DNA of 44,083 nucleotides, taken from an uncultured Gammaproteobacteria bacterium. Its GTDB lineage: Bacteria; Patescibacteriota; Microgenomatia; PFEM01; JAHIFH01. Positions within the stretch are counted from its first letter, which is position 1; each line of letters starts with the position of its first letter. The notes beneath the pieces were generated by a model. It was not told where the DNA came from. It did no database searches and saw only the letters and a program-made list of their open reading frames with translations. The stretch is from assembly GCA_964653685.1 (NCBI GenBank), contig CAZZHA010000002.1, positions 1 to 44,083 of the forward strand, read 5' to 3'. The translations under genes and the position numbers were made by a program. Below are positions 26,297 through 33,273 of this stretch, one piece after another.

Positions 26297-26992
26297 TTAC
26301 TTTTTAAAACCACCAATAATTTTTCTCAGATCTCCATTAAGAATGGCTTCGAGATTGTGGAAACTTTTTTTTAAGCGATGATCCGAGACTCTGTTTTGAG
26401 GAAAGTTGTAGGTTCTTATCTTTTCTGAACGTTCACCTCGACCAATCGCTTCTCTTCTCAAATCACCTAATTGGTTTTGTTTTTTGGCTTGTTCTTTTTC
26501 CCAAAGCCTGGCTCTTAATAAATCCAGGGCAATTTTTCGATTTTGTTCTTGAAATCTTTCTTGCTCACAGGTAACCACAATCCCTGAGGGTTCGTGAATT
26601 AATCTGACGGCCGAGGAGACTTTTTGGACATTTTGGCCACCTTGGGTTGAAGCTCTATAAAACTGCCAGTCTAAATCTTGAGGATTAATTTTAATCTGGT
26701 TTTCGCTAATTTCTGGCAAGATAGCAACCGTGGCGGTTGAAGTATGGATTCGGCCGTGTCTCTCGGTTGTTGGGATTCTTTGGACTCGATGAACACCGGC
26801 CTCTTTTTTTAAGAGTTCGTAAACATTTTTCCCCCTTATTCTTAAAACTCGTTGACCGAGAGTTTTAATCTGCCAGTTTTGTTTTTCGGCAAAGCGGAGA
26901 TACATTCGCAAAAGGTCATCAGCCCAAATTTTAGCCTCATTGCCACCAGCGGCACCGCGAATTTCAATGATGGCAATATCTTGATTCATCAA
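26297..26992 (-). CDS. prfA: peptide chain release factor 1, N-terminally truncated form (231 aa, lacks domain 1)
   Basis: GGQ (STQGGQNVQKVSS) and the RF1-type PxT context (RVQRIPTTERHGRIHTS). The start is 3 nt after the rpmE stop and aligns by eye to about residue 105 of E. coli RF1. Confidence 0.8.
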   Translation of the reverse strand: MMNQDIAIIEIRGAAGGNEAKIWADDLLRMYLRFAEKQNWQIKTLGQRVLRIRGKNVYELLKKEAGVHRVQRIPTTERHGRIHTSTATVAILPEISENQIKINPQDLDWQFYRASTQGGQNVQKVSSAVRLIHEPSGIVVTCEQERFQEQNRKIALDLLRARLWEKEQAKKQNQLGDLRREAIGRGERSEKIRTYNFPQNRVSDHRLKKSFHNLEAILNGDLRKIIGGFKK

Positions 26993-26995
26993 AAT

Positions 26996-27286
26996 TTAGC
27001 CTTTCTTTTGAAGCATTTCTTTCAGGGTTTTGGGGCGTTCCTCTTTTTCTTCTTGAGTCTTTTTTTTCTTCTTCCAGTCTTGAGTTTGGGCGGCTTTTTG
27101 TTTAGCTTGAAATTTTTCGACTCGTCCTTGAGTGTCAATATATCTCATTTCACCCGTAAAGAAGGGATGACAAGCTGAACAAATTTCCACCCGAATTTCC
27201 GGCTTGGTTGAGCCGGTGGTAAAAGTGTGACCGCAGACACAAGTCACTTTTGCCTCTGGATACCACTTAGGATGAGTTGATTTCAT
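26996..27286 (-). CDS. rpmE: 50S ribosomal protein L31 (Zn-ribbon type) with a Lys/Glu-rich C-terminal extension
   Basis: [18 protein letters not shown]...[13 protein letters not shown]...GRVEKF. Canonical rpmE-prfA neighbourhood. Confidence 0.9.
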   Translation of the reverse strand: MKSTHPKWYPEAKVTCVCGHTFTTGSTKPEIRVEICSACHPFFTGEMRYIDTQGRVEKFQAKQKAAQTQDWKKKKKTQEEKEERPKTLKEMLQKKG

Positions 27287-27304
27287 AAGGGAATTTTAAC
27301 AAAT

Positions 27305-28555
27305 TTAGCTTAATTTATCTAGAAGCTGTTTCAAATCTACTTCTTCTTGAGATTTAGCTTTCATATTTCGAAGAGTGAAGATTTTTTTCTTGATTTCTTC
27401 GGGACCAAGAATAATCACATAAGGGATACCTTTGCGGTCTGCGTATTTAAGCTGTTTGTCTAGTTTTGTTTCCGGATCAAGATAGAGTTCGGTTTTAATC
27501 TTGGCCTCTCTTAATTTGTTAGCCAATTCAGTTGAATTCTTTAATGATTCAGAATTAAAAAGAGTTACTAGGACTTTGGTAGATGTAGAAACAAGTTCAG
27601 GCATAAGGTTTTTTTCTTTAATGACATCACAGATACGGTCCAGACCAATGGTGGTGCCGGTGGCAGGAATGTCAGGTCCACCAAGATTAGAAATAAGTTT
27701 GTCATAGCGGCCACCACCAGTAATTGAGCCTATTTTTGGTTCTTCAACAATAGTTTCAAAAACAGGTCCAGTGTAATAGTCAAGCCCTCTTACCAGAGTG
27801 GGATCGAATTGATAAAACCTCTCATCAACTTTTAGTTGTTTTAAATATGCAAAGAGATATTGAAGGTTTTTATCCGGTTTAGCTGATTTAATCAAAGCAA
27901 GAAGTTTTTCTGATTCTTGATCGGTAAGACCTTTTCCTTTAAGTTCTTTTTTGGTTTTGATTGTTCCTATTTTTTCTAATTTATCGATGGTTCTTAAAAG
28001 AGACAATTGCTTATTCTCTGTTTTTATCTTTAAGTCTGACATCAATTTTAAGAGAACCTGGCGACTGTTGATTTTGATAGTAAATTTTTTGAAATTTAGT
28101 TTTTTTAGACATTTATAAATAATGGCAATAATTTCGGCATCGGCTAGGGGAGAGTTCAGGCCAAAGGAATCAATATCACACTGAAGAACCTCACGATATC
28201 TACCTTTTTGAGGTTTTTCAGCCCGCCAAATTCTTTGGATTTGATAGCGCTTGAAAGGCAAACCGATTGTTTGGGAGTAGAGAGCCAGGATTTTTGAAGC
28301 AGGTACAGTTAAGTCATAGATGAGACCAATCTCGCGCTTGCCTTGGTCTTTAAAAGTATAGATAAGTTTGTCGGCTTCTTCGCCATATTTACCTAGAAGG
28401 GTGGCTGCGTATTCTAACGAAGATGTTTCCAAAGGTTCGTAGCCATAAGACTCAAACACCTCTCTTAGGGTGTCAATTACTTTTTGGCGGATAACCATTT
28501 CTTTCGGTAAAAAATCCCGAAAGCCTTTTAAGGTTTGAGTTTTATTTTTAGCCAT
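27305..28555 (-). CDS. hisS: histidyl-tRNA synthetase
   Basis: Class II motifs: GFRDFLP, RYQIQRIWRAEKPQKGRYREVLQCD, RGLDYYTGPVFE, GGGRYDKLI. Confidence 0.95.
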   Translation of the reverse strand: MAKNKTQTLKGFRDFLPKEMVIRQKVIDTLREVFESYGYEPLETSSLEYAATLLGKYGEEADKLIYTFKDQGKREIGLIYDLTVPASKILALYSQTIGLPFKRYQIQRIWRAEKPQKGRYREVLQCDIDSFGLNSPLADAEIIAIIYKCLKKLNFKKFTIKINSRQVLLKLMSDLKIKTENKQLSLLRTIDKLEKIGTIKTKKELKGKGLTDQESEKLLALIKSAKPDKNLQYLFAYLKQLKVDERFYQFDPTLVRGLDYYTGPVFETIVEEPKIGSITGGGRYDKLISNLGGPDIPATGTTIGLDRICDVIKEKNLMPELVSTSTKVLVTLFNSESLKNSTELANKLREAKIKTELYLDPETKLDKQLKYADRKGIPYVIILGPEEIKKKIFTLRNMKAKSQEEVDLKQLLDKLS

Positions 28556-28564
28556 CTTTATTTG

Positions 28565-28593
28565 ATCATAACACTTTTAATAATGACTGACAA
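28565..28593 (-). promoter_or_regulatory. putative internal promoter for hisS (leaderless configuration)
   Basis: On the minus strand: TTGTCA (28593-28588), a 17 nt spacer, TG-T-TATGAT (-10 at 28570-28565), then 9 nt to the ATG at 28555. Confidence 0.45.
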
Positions 28594-28597
28594 TTTG

Positions 28598-28670
28598 GGT
28601 GACTGACGGGATTCGAACCCGCAACCTACTGTTCCACAAACAGTCGCTCTACCCTTGAGCTACAGCCACC
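28598..28670 (-). tRNA. tRNA-His (anticodon GTG) with encoded G-1
   Basis: Cloverleaf read by hand: G-1, acceptor GTGGCTG/CAGTCAC (one G.U), D arm GCTC-AAGGGTA-GAGC, anticodon arm ACTGT-TTGTGGA-ACAGT, T arm GCGGG-TTCGAAT-CCCGT, discriminator C. CCA is not fully encoded. Confidence 0.9.
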
Positions 28671-28694
28671 AAAAAACCAGCCGTTAGCTGGTTT
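28671..28694 (-). terminator. intrinsic terminator (segment 3:4 of the attenuator) immediately upstream of tRNA-His
   Basis: On the minus strand: AAACCAGC-UAACG-GCUGGUUU followed by UUU. The next nucleotide is G-1 of tRNA-His. Confidence 0.7.
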
Positions 28695-28782
28695 CGTTTA
28701 TTTTTCTTTACTTTAATTAATTAAATCATTCTTTCTCTTCCATTACAAAACCAACCAACGATTATTCGCGGTTTTGGTAATG
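28682..28782 (-). promoter_or_regulatory. leader-peptide transcription attenuator (alternative 1:2 / 2:3 / 3:4 structures)
   Basis: Segment 28782-28770 pairs with 28752-28741 (12 bp, one bulge). Segment 28760-28745 pairs with 28697-28682 (16 bp including 3 G.U), which overlaps the terminator 5' arm and loop. Confidence 0.65.
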
Positions 28783-28806
28783 ATGATGAAGAGATAAAGA
28801 TGTCAT
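28762..28806 (-). CDS. His-rich leader peptide MTSLSLHHHYQNRE (14 codons)
   Basis: The ATG lies 9 nt after the -10. There are three consecutive CAT codons (28788-28780), and the TAA stop lies in the loop of hairpin 1:2. Confidence 0.55.
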   Translation of the reverse strand: MTSLSLHHHYQNRE

Positions 28807-28815
28807 CTCGAACCT

Positions 28816-28844
28816 ATTTTATTATTTAGGGGTTTATTTGTCAA
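28816..28844 (-). promoter_or_regulatory. near-consensus promoter driving the leader / tRNA-His unit
   Basis: On the minus strand: TTGACA (28844-28839), a 17 nt spacer, then TAAAAT (28821-28816). Confidence 0.6.
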
Positions 28845-28846
28845 GC

Positions 28847-29566
28847 TTATTCTTCTTCGGGAGCTGAGATTTCTGAAGGAGTTTGATTGGTGACAACCCG
28901 AATCAAATCAGCCGTAACCATCTTTTCGCCATTTTCTCCAGGGATACCCACCACTACCAAACGGTCATCTTCTTCGATATCACTGAAATCAATTTCTTCA
29001 ATTTCTTCATCAACTTTCTTAGTAATTGTTGTTTGGCTTTTAACTTCAATCATGTAGACAGTTTCATTTTTAGGATGTTTAATAGTTAGGACTTTTTCTT
29101 CTTGAGAAATATCGGTGACCACACCAAAAACAACTTCGGTTTCTGGTGCTTGGAATTCTTCGATAACAATAATTCTTTTGGTGTTAAGAGTCGTTTGACT
29201 TTCAGTGTAGCCCATGGCAATTATTTTGCTGCCGATTGAGAGGTCTCCTAATTCAATTTCGTCTTTGTCAGGATTTAAAATAATCACCTCATCATCTGTT
29301 TTAACTTGAGCTTCACCAGATTCTGTTTCCACTGTCAGAGTTGAATTGGCAATTGATTTTAAGGTACCAACCAAAGCACCTTTTTTCTCTTCATCAGCCG
29401 CTTGGAGAACATTTTCAATTCTTTCTTGAACTTGTTCTTTGATTCTTTCATCATCAGGCGAGGGAATTGGAGAAGAAAGAGCATCTTCATTTTCTTGAGC
29501 CAAAGCCCCAACTGAAAAAAGACTAAAAGAAAAAAAGATTGATAAAAGTAAAATGGTTTTTTTCAT
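28847..29566 (-). CDS. secreted hypothetical acidic protein (239 aa)
   Basis: Signal peptide MKKTILLLSIFFSFSLFSVGALAQE, then a repetitive beta-rich acidic body. Confidence 0.6.
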   Translation of the reverse strand: MKKTILLLSIFFSFSLFSVGALAQENEDALSSPIPSPDDERIKEQVQERIENVLQAADEEKKGALVGTLKSIANSTLTVETESGEAQVKTDDEVIILNPDKDEIELGDLSIGSKIIAMGYTESQTTLNTKRIIVIEEFQAPETEVVFGVVTDISQEEKVLTIKHPKNETVYMIEVKSQTTITKKVDEEIEEIDFSDIEEDDRLVVVGIPGENGEKMVTADLIRVVTNQTPSEISAPEEE

Positions 29567-29584
29567 TATGTTTTATTATATACT

Positions 29585-30013
29585 TTATATTTCCGCGGTT
29601 GAATAGACGATCGTTAAGCTTTCAGTTGCTTCGTCACCCTCATCATTAAAGGCCGAGATTTTAATTTGATTATCGCCGCCAATTAAAGAGATTTCGGTGG
29701 AAAAACTACCGTCTTCGTCAGCTTCTAGTAATTTTTCTCCTTCAGGGTAGGTGATAGCGACAATGGCTTGAGGAATTGTTTGTCCCGAGACTTCAATTAA
29801 CTCCTGATCACTGATAGTATTATTTTTAGGAGAAACAATGGTTAACTCTAGAGTTGGAGCTGGCGTTGGTTTAGTTTCAACTTTTTCTTCAGCCGGCGCT
29901 GTTGTTGTTGGCGCTGTTTCTTTAAGGGCTTTGTTTGCCGTCCAAATACCAAAGGTAATAATCAAACCTAGACCAAAACCGATAATAATTGCAATGAGGA
30001 CTTCTTTTCTCAT
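29585..30013 (-). CDS. membrane-anchored protein with an Ig-like extracellular domain (142 aa)
   Basis: N-terminal TM (VLIAIIIGFGLGLIITFGIW), a Pro/Thr linker, and a beta-sandwich-like C-terminus (LTIVSPKNNTISDQELIEVSGQT...). Confidence 0.55.
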   Translation of the reverse strand: MRKEVLIAIIIGFGLGLIITFGIWTANKALKETAPTTTAPAEEKVETKPTPAPTLELTIVSPKNNTISDQELIEVSGQTIPQAIVAITYPEGEKLLEADEDGSFSTEISLIGGDNQIKISAFNDEGDEATESLTIVYSTAEI

Positions 30014-30033
30014 TTAAAGTGGCAGATAAAATG

Positions 30034-30084
30034 ACTATAGACCAAAATTATCCTCTTGTCAAGGCGCTAGTTTTGTGTTAAATT
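30034..30084. promoter_or_regulatory. back-to-back divergent promoters sharing overlapping -35 hexamers
   Basis: Plus strand: TTGTCA (30056-30061), 17 nt, TAAATT (30079-30084). Minus strand: TTGACA (30062-30057), 17 nt, TATAGT (30039-30034). The shared palindrome is CTTGTCAAG. Confidence 0.45.
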
Positions 30085-30092
30085 TTTTCTTG

Positions 30093-30755
30093 ATGGAAAT
30101 TACTTATCTGGGTCATTCATCCTTCCGGATTAAAGGTAAAAAGAACATTGTTGTCACTGATCCCTATGGAGATGAAGTTGGTTTTAAAATGCCCCGAGTG
30201 ACGGCTGATATTGTTACCATTTCTCATCAGCATCATGATCACAATAATATTACGGCGATTAGAGGAACAACTAAGAGAAAAGATCCTTTTATTGTTGATG
30301 GGCCGGGAGAATACGAGATTGGTGATGTGTCTATCTTTGGTATTGCCAGTTATCATCACAAGTCTAGTGGAGGAAAAAGAGGCGAGAATACAATTTATTT
30401 AATTAGTTTTGATGGTTTGCGTTTAGCCCATTTAGGTGATTTGGGCCAGAAATTAAACGAAGCCCAATTAGAACAGCTTAATGGCGTTGATATTTTGTTT
30501 ACTCCGGTTGGTGGGACTTTCACCATCGATGATAATGAAGCGGTTGAGGTTATCGGTCAAATCGAGCCCCGGATTATTATCCCGATGCACTATCTTGCCC
30601 CAGGAATGAAAAAAGATTTTGGTATTAAGATTACGGTTAACGACTTTCTTAAAGCGATTGGTGAAGAGGGGAACAAAACTAAAGACAGATTAATTGTTTC
30701 TAAAGATAAACTGCCCCCAGAAAGAGAAATAGTGGTTTTAAAGAGAAAATCTTAA
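30093..30755 (+). CDS. metallo-beta-lactamase-fold hydrolase (UPF0173-like)
   Basis: MEITYLGHSSFRIKGKK...VTDPY and the HQHHDHNN metal motif. Confidence 0.75.
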   Translation: MEITYLGHSSFRIKGKKNIVVTDPYGDEVGFKMPRVTADIVTISHQHHDHNNITAIRGTTKRKDPFIVDGPGEYEIGDVSIFGIASYHHKSSGGKRGENTIYLISFDGLRLAHLGDLGQKLNEAQLEQLNGVDILFTPVGGTFTIDDNEAVEVIGQIEPRIIIPMHYLAPGMKKDFGIKITVNDFLKAIGEEGNKTKDRLIVSKDKLPPEREIVVLKRKS

Positions 30756-30771
30756 ACTACTATTATTTATT

Positions 30772-32094
30772 ATGGCTGAAGAAATTCGTATTCCACCTCA
30801 CAGTGAAGAAGCTGAAACCTGTGTTTTGGGCTCTATTTTGATTGATAAAGATGCGATTGTTACCGTGGCTGAGTTTTTGCGCCCCGAACATTTTTACAAA
30901 AAAGCTAATAGCTTGATTTACGAAGCCATTCTCCACTTATATGAGTTGAGAGAGCCGATTGACATTGTCACTCTTAAAGAACGTTTAAAAAAAGATAAGA
31001 ATTTGGAAAAAATAGGTGGTTCAGCTTACCTGACTAGTTTGGTTAATGCCGTGCCAACCGCTGCCCACATTGAACAGTATGGACGGATGGTTAAAGACGA
31101 TTTCACTAAAAGAGAATTAATCTCCGCCGCTTCAAAGGTGACAGAATTAGCTTTCGATGAAGGCCAAGAAGCAACGGCTGTTTTGGATACAGCCGAACAG
31201 TTAATTTTTTCCTTGTCCCAAAAACATCTGCGTCAAGTTTTCCAACCGATTAAGGATGCCTTGGCTGAATCTTTTGATCGTTTGGATGAGCTTCATAAAA
31301 GAGCCGGGGGTTTAAGAGGGGTGCCGACTGGCTTTAAAGATATTGATAACACTTTGGCTGGTTTACAGCCTTCTAACTTGATTATTCTGGCTGCCAGGCC
31401 AGGCATTGGTAAAACTGCTTTGGCTTTAAATATTGCCCAGAATGTTAGCGTTAAAGAGAAGTTACCAATCGGTTTTTTCTCTTTAGAGATGAGTAGTGAA
31501 GAATTGGTTGATCGGGCTTTGGTAGCTCAGGCGGATATTGATGCCTGGCGAATGAAAACAGGACGCTTAGATGAAGAGGATTTTACCAAATTATCAGAGG
31601 CGATGGGAATCTTGGCTGAAGCCCCCCTTTATATTGATGACACTCCGGCTTTATCGATTTTGGAGATGAGAACTAAGGCAAGAAGACTGATGGCCGAACA
31701 TGGTTTGCAACTGATTATTGTTGATTATCTTCAACTGGTAAGAAGTTTAAGTCGGCGGGAGAGTCGGGTTCAGGAGGTCTCGGAAATTTCCCAAGGTTTG
31801 AAAAATTTAGCCAGAGAATTGAAAGTGCCGGTTTTGGCGGTTTCTCAGTTGTCGAGAGCGGTTGAACAACGAGGCAGTCCGCGGCCGCAATTAGCTGATC
31901 TTCGAGAAAGTGGCGCCATTGAGCAAGATGCGGATGTGGTCATGTTTATTTGGCGGGAAGATAATGAAGATATCGAGAGTATTGAATTGGAAGTCGCTAA
32001 ACATCGTAATGGACCTTTACGTCGAATGAAACTTCGTTTCCGAGGTGAAAGAATCAAGTTCTATGGGATGGAAACAAAAAGAGAAGAAGGATAG
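30772..32094 (+). CDS. dnaB: replicative DNA helicase DnaB
   Basis: PPHSEEAETCVLGSILID N-terminal domain, Walker A ARPGIGKTALALNIA, Walker B IIVDYLQL, and QLSRAVEQR / EQDADVVMF. Confidence 0.95.
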   Translation: MAEEIRIPPHSEEAETCVLGSILIDKDAIVTVAEFLRPEHFYKKANSLIYEAILHLYELREPIDIVTLKERLKKDKNLEKIGGSAYLTSLVNAVPTAAHIEQYGRMVKDDFTKRELISAASKVTELAFDEGQEATAVLDTAEQLIFSLSQKHLRQVFQPIKDALAESFDRLDELHKRAGGLRGVPTGFKDIDNTLAGLQPSNLIILAARPGIGKTALALNIAQNVSVKEKLPIGFFSLEMSSEELVDRALVAQADIDAWRMKTGRLDEEDFTKLSEAMGILAEAPLYIDDTPALSILEMRTKARRLMAEHGLQLIIVDYLQLVRSLSRRESRVQEVSEISQGLKNLARELKVPVLAVSQLSRAVEQRGSPRPQLADLRESGAIEQDADVVMFIWREDNEDIESIELEVAKHRNGPLRRMKLRFRGERIKFYGMETKREEG

Positions 32095-32115
32095 CTTCAA
32101 ATTTAATCCCTATTT

Positions 32116-32124
32116 TGGTAAAAT
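32116..32124 (+). promoter_or_regulatory. extended -10 promoter 9 nt upstream of the mature 5' end of tRNA-Leu
   Basis: TG-G-TAAAAT, then agtaattga, then GCCGAGG (tRNA nt 1 at 32134). Confidence 0.45.
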
Positions 32125-32133
32125 AGTAATTGA

Positions 32134-32219
32134 GCCGAGGTGGCGGAACTGGCAGACGCGCGAGACTCAAAATCTCGTGGTAGACAACTACCGTGCGGGT
32201 TCGACTCCCGCCCTCGGCA
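32134..32219 (+). tRNA. tRNA-Leu (anticodon CAA), long variable arm
   Basis: Acceptor GCCGAGG/CCTCGGC, anticodon arm CGAGA-CTCAAAA-TCTCG, variable arm TGGTAGACAACTACC, T arm GCGGG-TTCGACT-CCCGC, discriminator A. Confidence 0.9.
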
Positions 32220-32222
32220 CTT

Positions 32223-32804
32223 ATGATTTCTGTTAATGATTTAAGATCAGGGACTACTTTTAAACTCAATGGTGTTCCTTTTCAGGCAATCCAATACAAA
32301 CATACTAAGCTGGGTCGGGGAAACGCCAATATTAAGGTTAAGGCCCGGAATTTAAGTACTGGTGCGATTGCGGAAAAAACTTTTATTTCTGGGGCTAAGG
32401 TTGAGCCAATTGAAACCTTAGTTAAAACTCTGGTGTTTCTTTATCAAGATGGCGACAATCTTTATTTTATGGATCCTCAGAATTTTGAACAATTTTCTCT
32501 TGACAAATCAGTTCTAGGAGAAAGAGTGAAGTATTTGGCTGAAGAGGGTAAGGTTAAAATCATTTTTTATGAAGACAAGCCCTTGTCAGTTGAATTGCCC
32601 AATTCCATTGTTTTAGAGGTGATTAGCGCGCCGCCTGGAGTTAAGGGTGATACAGCCACCGCTTCGACCAAGCCAGTGACTTTAGTTAATAATTTAATTA
32701 TTCAAGTTCCTTTATTCATTAAAAAGGGAGATAAGATTAAAGTCGATACCCGGTCAGGTAATTATATTGAAAGGGTTAAGTGGAGTAAACGATTAAGAGA
32801 ATAA
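32223..32804 (+). CDS. efp: elongation factor P
   Basis: MISVNDLRSGTTFKLNGVPFQAIQYKHTKLGRGNANIKVKARNLSTG. The ATG at 32223 is 3 nt after the tRNA-Leu 3' end, and the track start at 32193 lies inside the tRNA. Confidence 0.9.
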   Translation: MISVNDLRSGTTFKLNGVPFQAIQYKHTKLGRGNANIKVKARNLSTGAIAEKTFISGAKVEPIETLVKTLVFLYQDGDNLYFMDPQNFEQFSLDKSVLGERVKYLAEEGKVKIIFYEDKPLSVELPNSIVLEVISAPPGVKGDTATASTKPVTLVNNLIIQVPLFIKKGDKIKVDTRSGNYIERVKWSKRLRE

Positions 32805-33225
32805 TCGCGATTAGGAATAATTGAGGAATTAAGCCGTAAGGAAATTTTAATCTTCGGTGGAACGAATTGTGGAATTCTTCTAATTGTTTGATCGGGAAAG
32901 GACGATAATCTAGGAATAAGGCTGGGGCTTCAATTAAGTCAGGCGAAATTCCTAAGATGACGCCTGTCCAAAGTTTAATTGAAAATTTTTCTCCTAGTTG
33001 GAAGACAAGGAAGACAGTGCTGGCGGCTACAGCTAAGTCAATCAGGGTATCAATGATGGCTTTCTTTTTGGTTTTAGTGCCGTGGGTTAGACCACTGCCG
33101 GTATCCCAATGAGGAGTGGCATCCATAATATAATGAACGATAATCACAAGAGGAAAACTGATGAAGGGAGAAGGAATTCGACTGACGATTAGAGCCGATG
33201 CCAGTGAATGGGTAGTTGATAACAT
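32776..33225 (-). CDS. small polytopic membrane protein (possibly YdjM/DUF457-like metal-dependent hydrolase)
   Basis: Four hydrophobic segments and His-containing motifs (THSLAS, VHYIMDATPHWD). The functional assignment is weak. Confidence 0.45.
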   Translation of the reverse strand: MLSTTHSLASALIVSRIPSPFISFPLVIIVHYIMDATPHWDTGSGLTHGTKTKKKAIIDTLIDLAVAASTVFLVFQLGEKFSIKLWTGVILGISPDLIEAPALFLDYRPFPIKQLEEFHNSFHRRLKFPYGLIPQLFLIAIILLIVYST

Positions 33226-33273
33226 TTGACGTCAATTCAGTATAATATCTATAATAATCATTGTCAAAATAAA

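Noticed and set aside
28556-28846. A T-box riboswitch upstream of hisS, as in Firmicutes.
   Set aside because: There is no T-box consensus (AAUUAGGGUGGUACCGCG-like), no specifier-loop architecture, and the leader is too short. The region is better explained by the leader-peptide attenuator.
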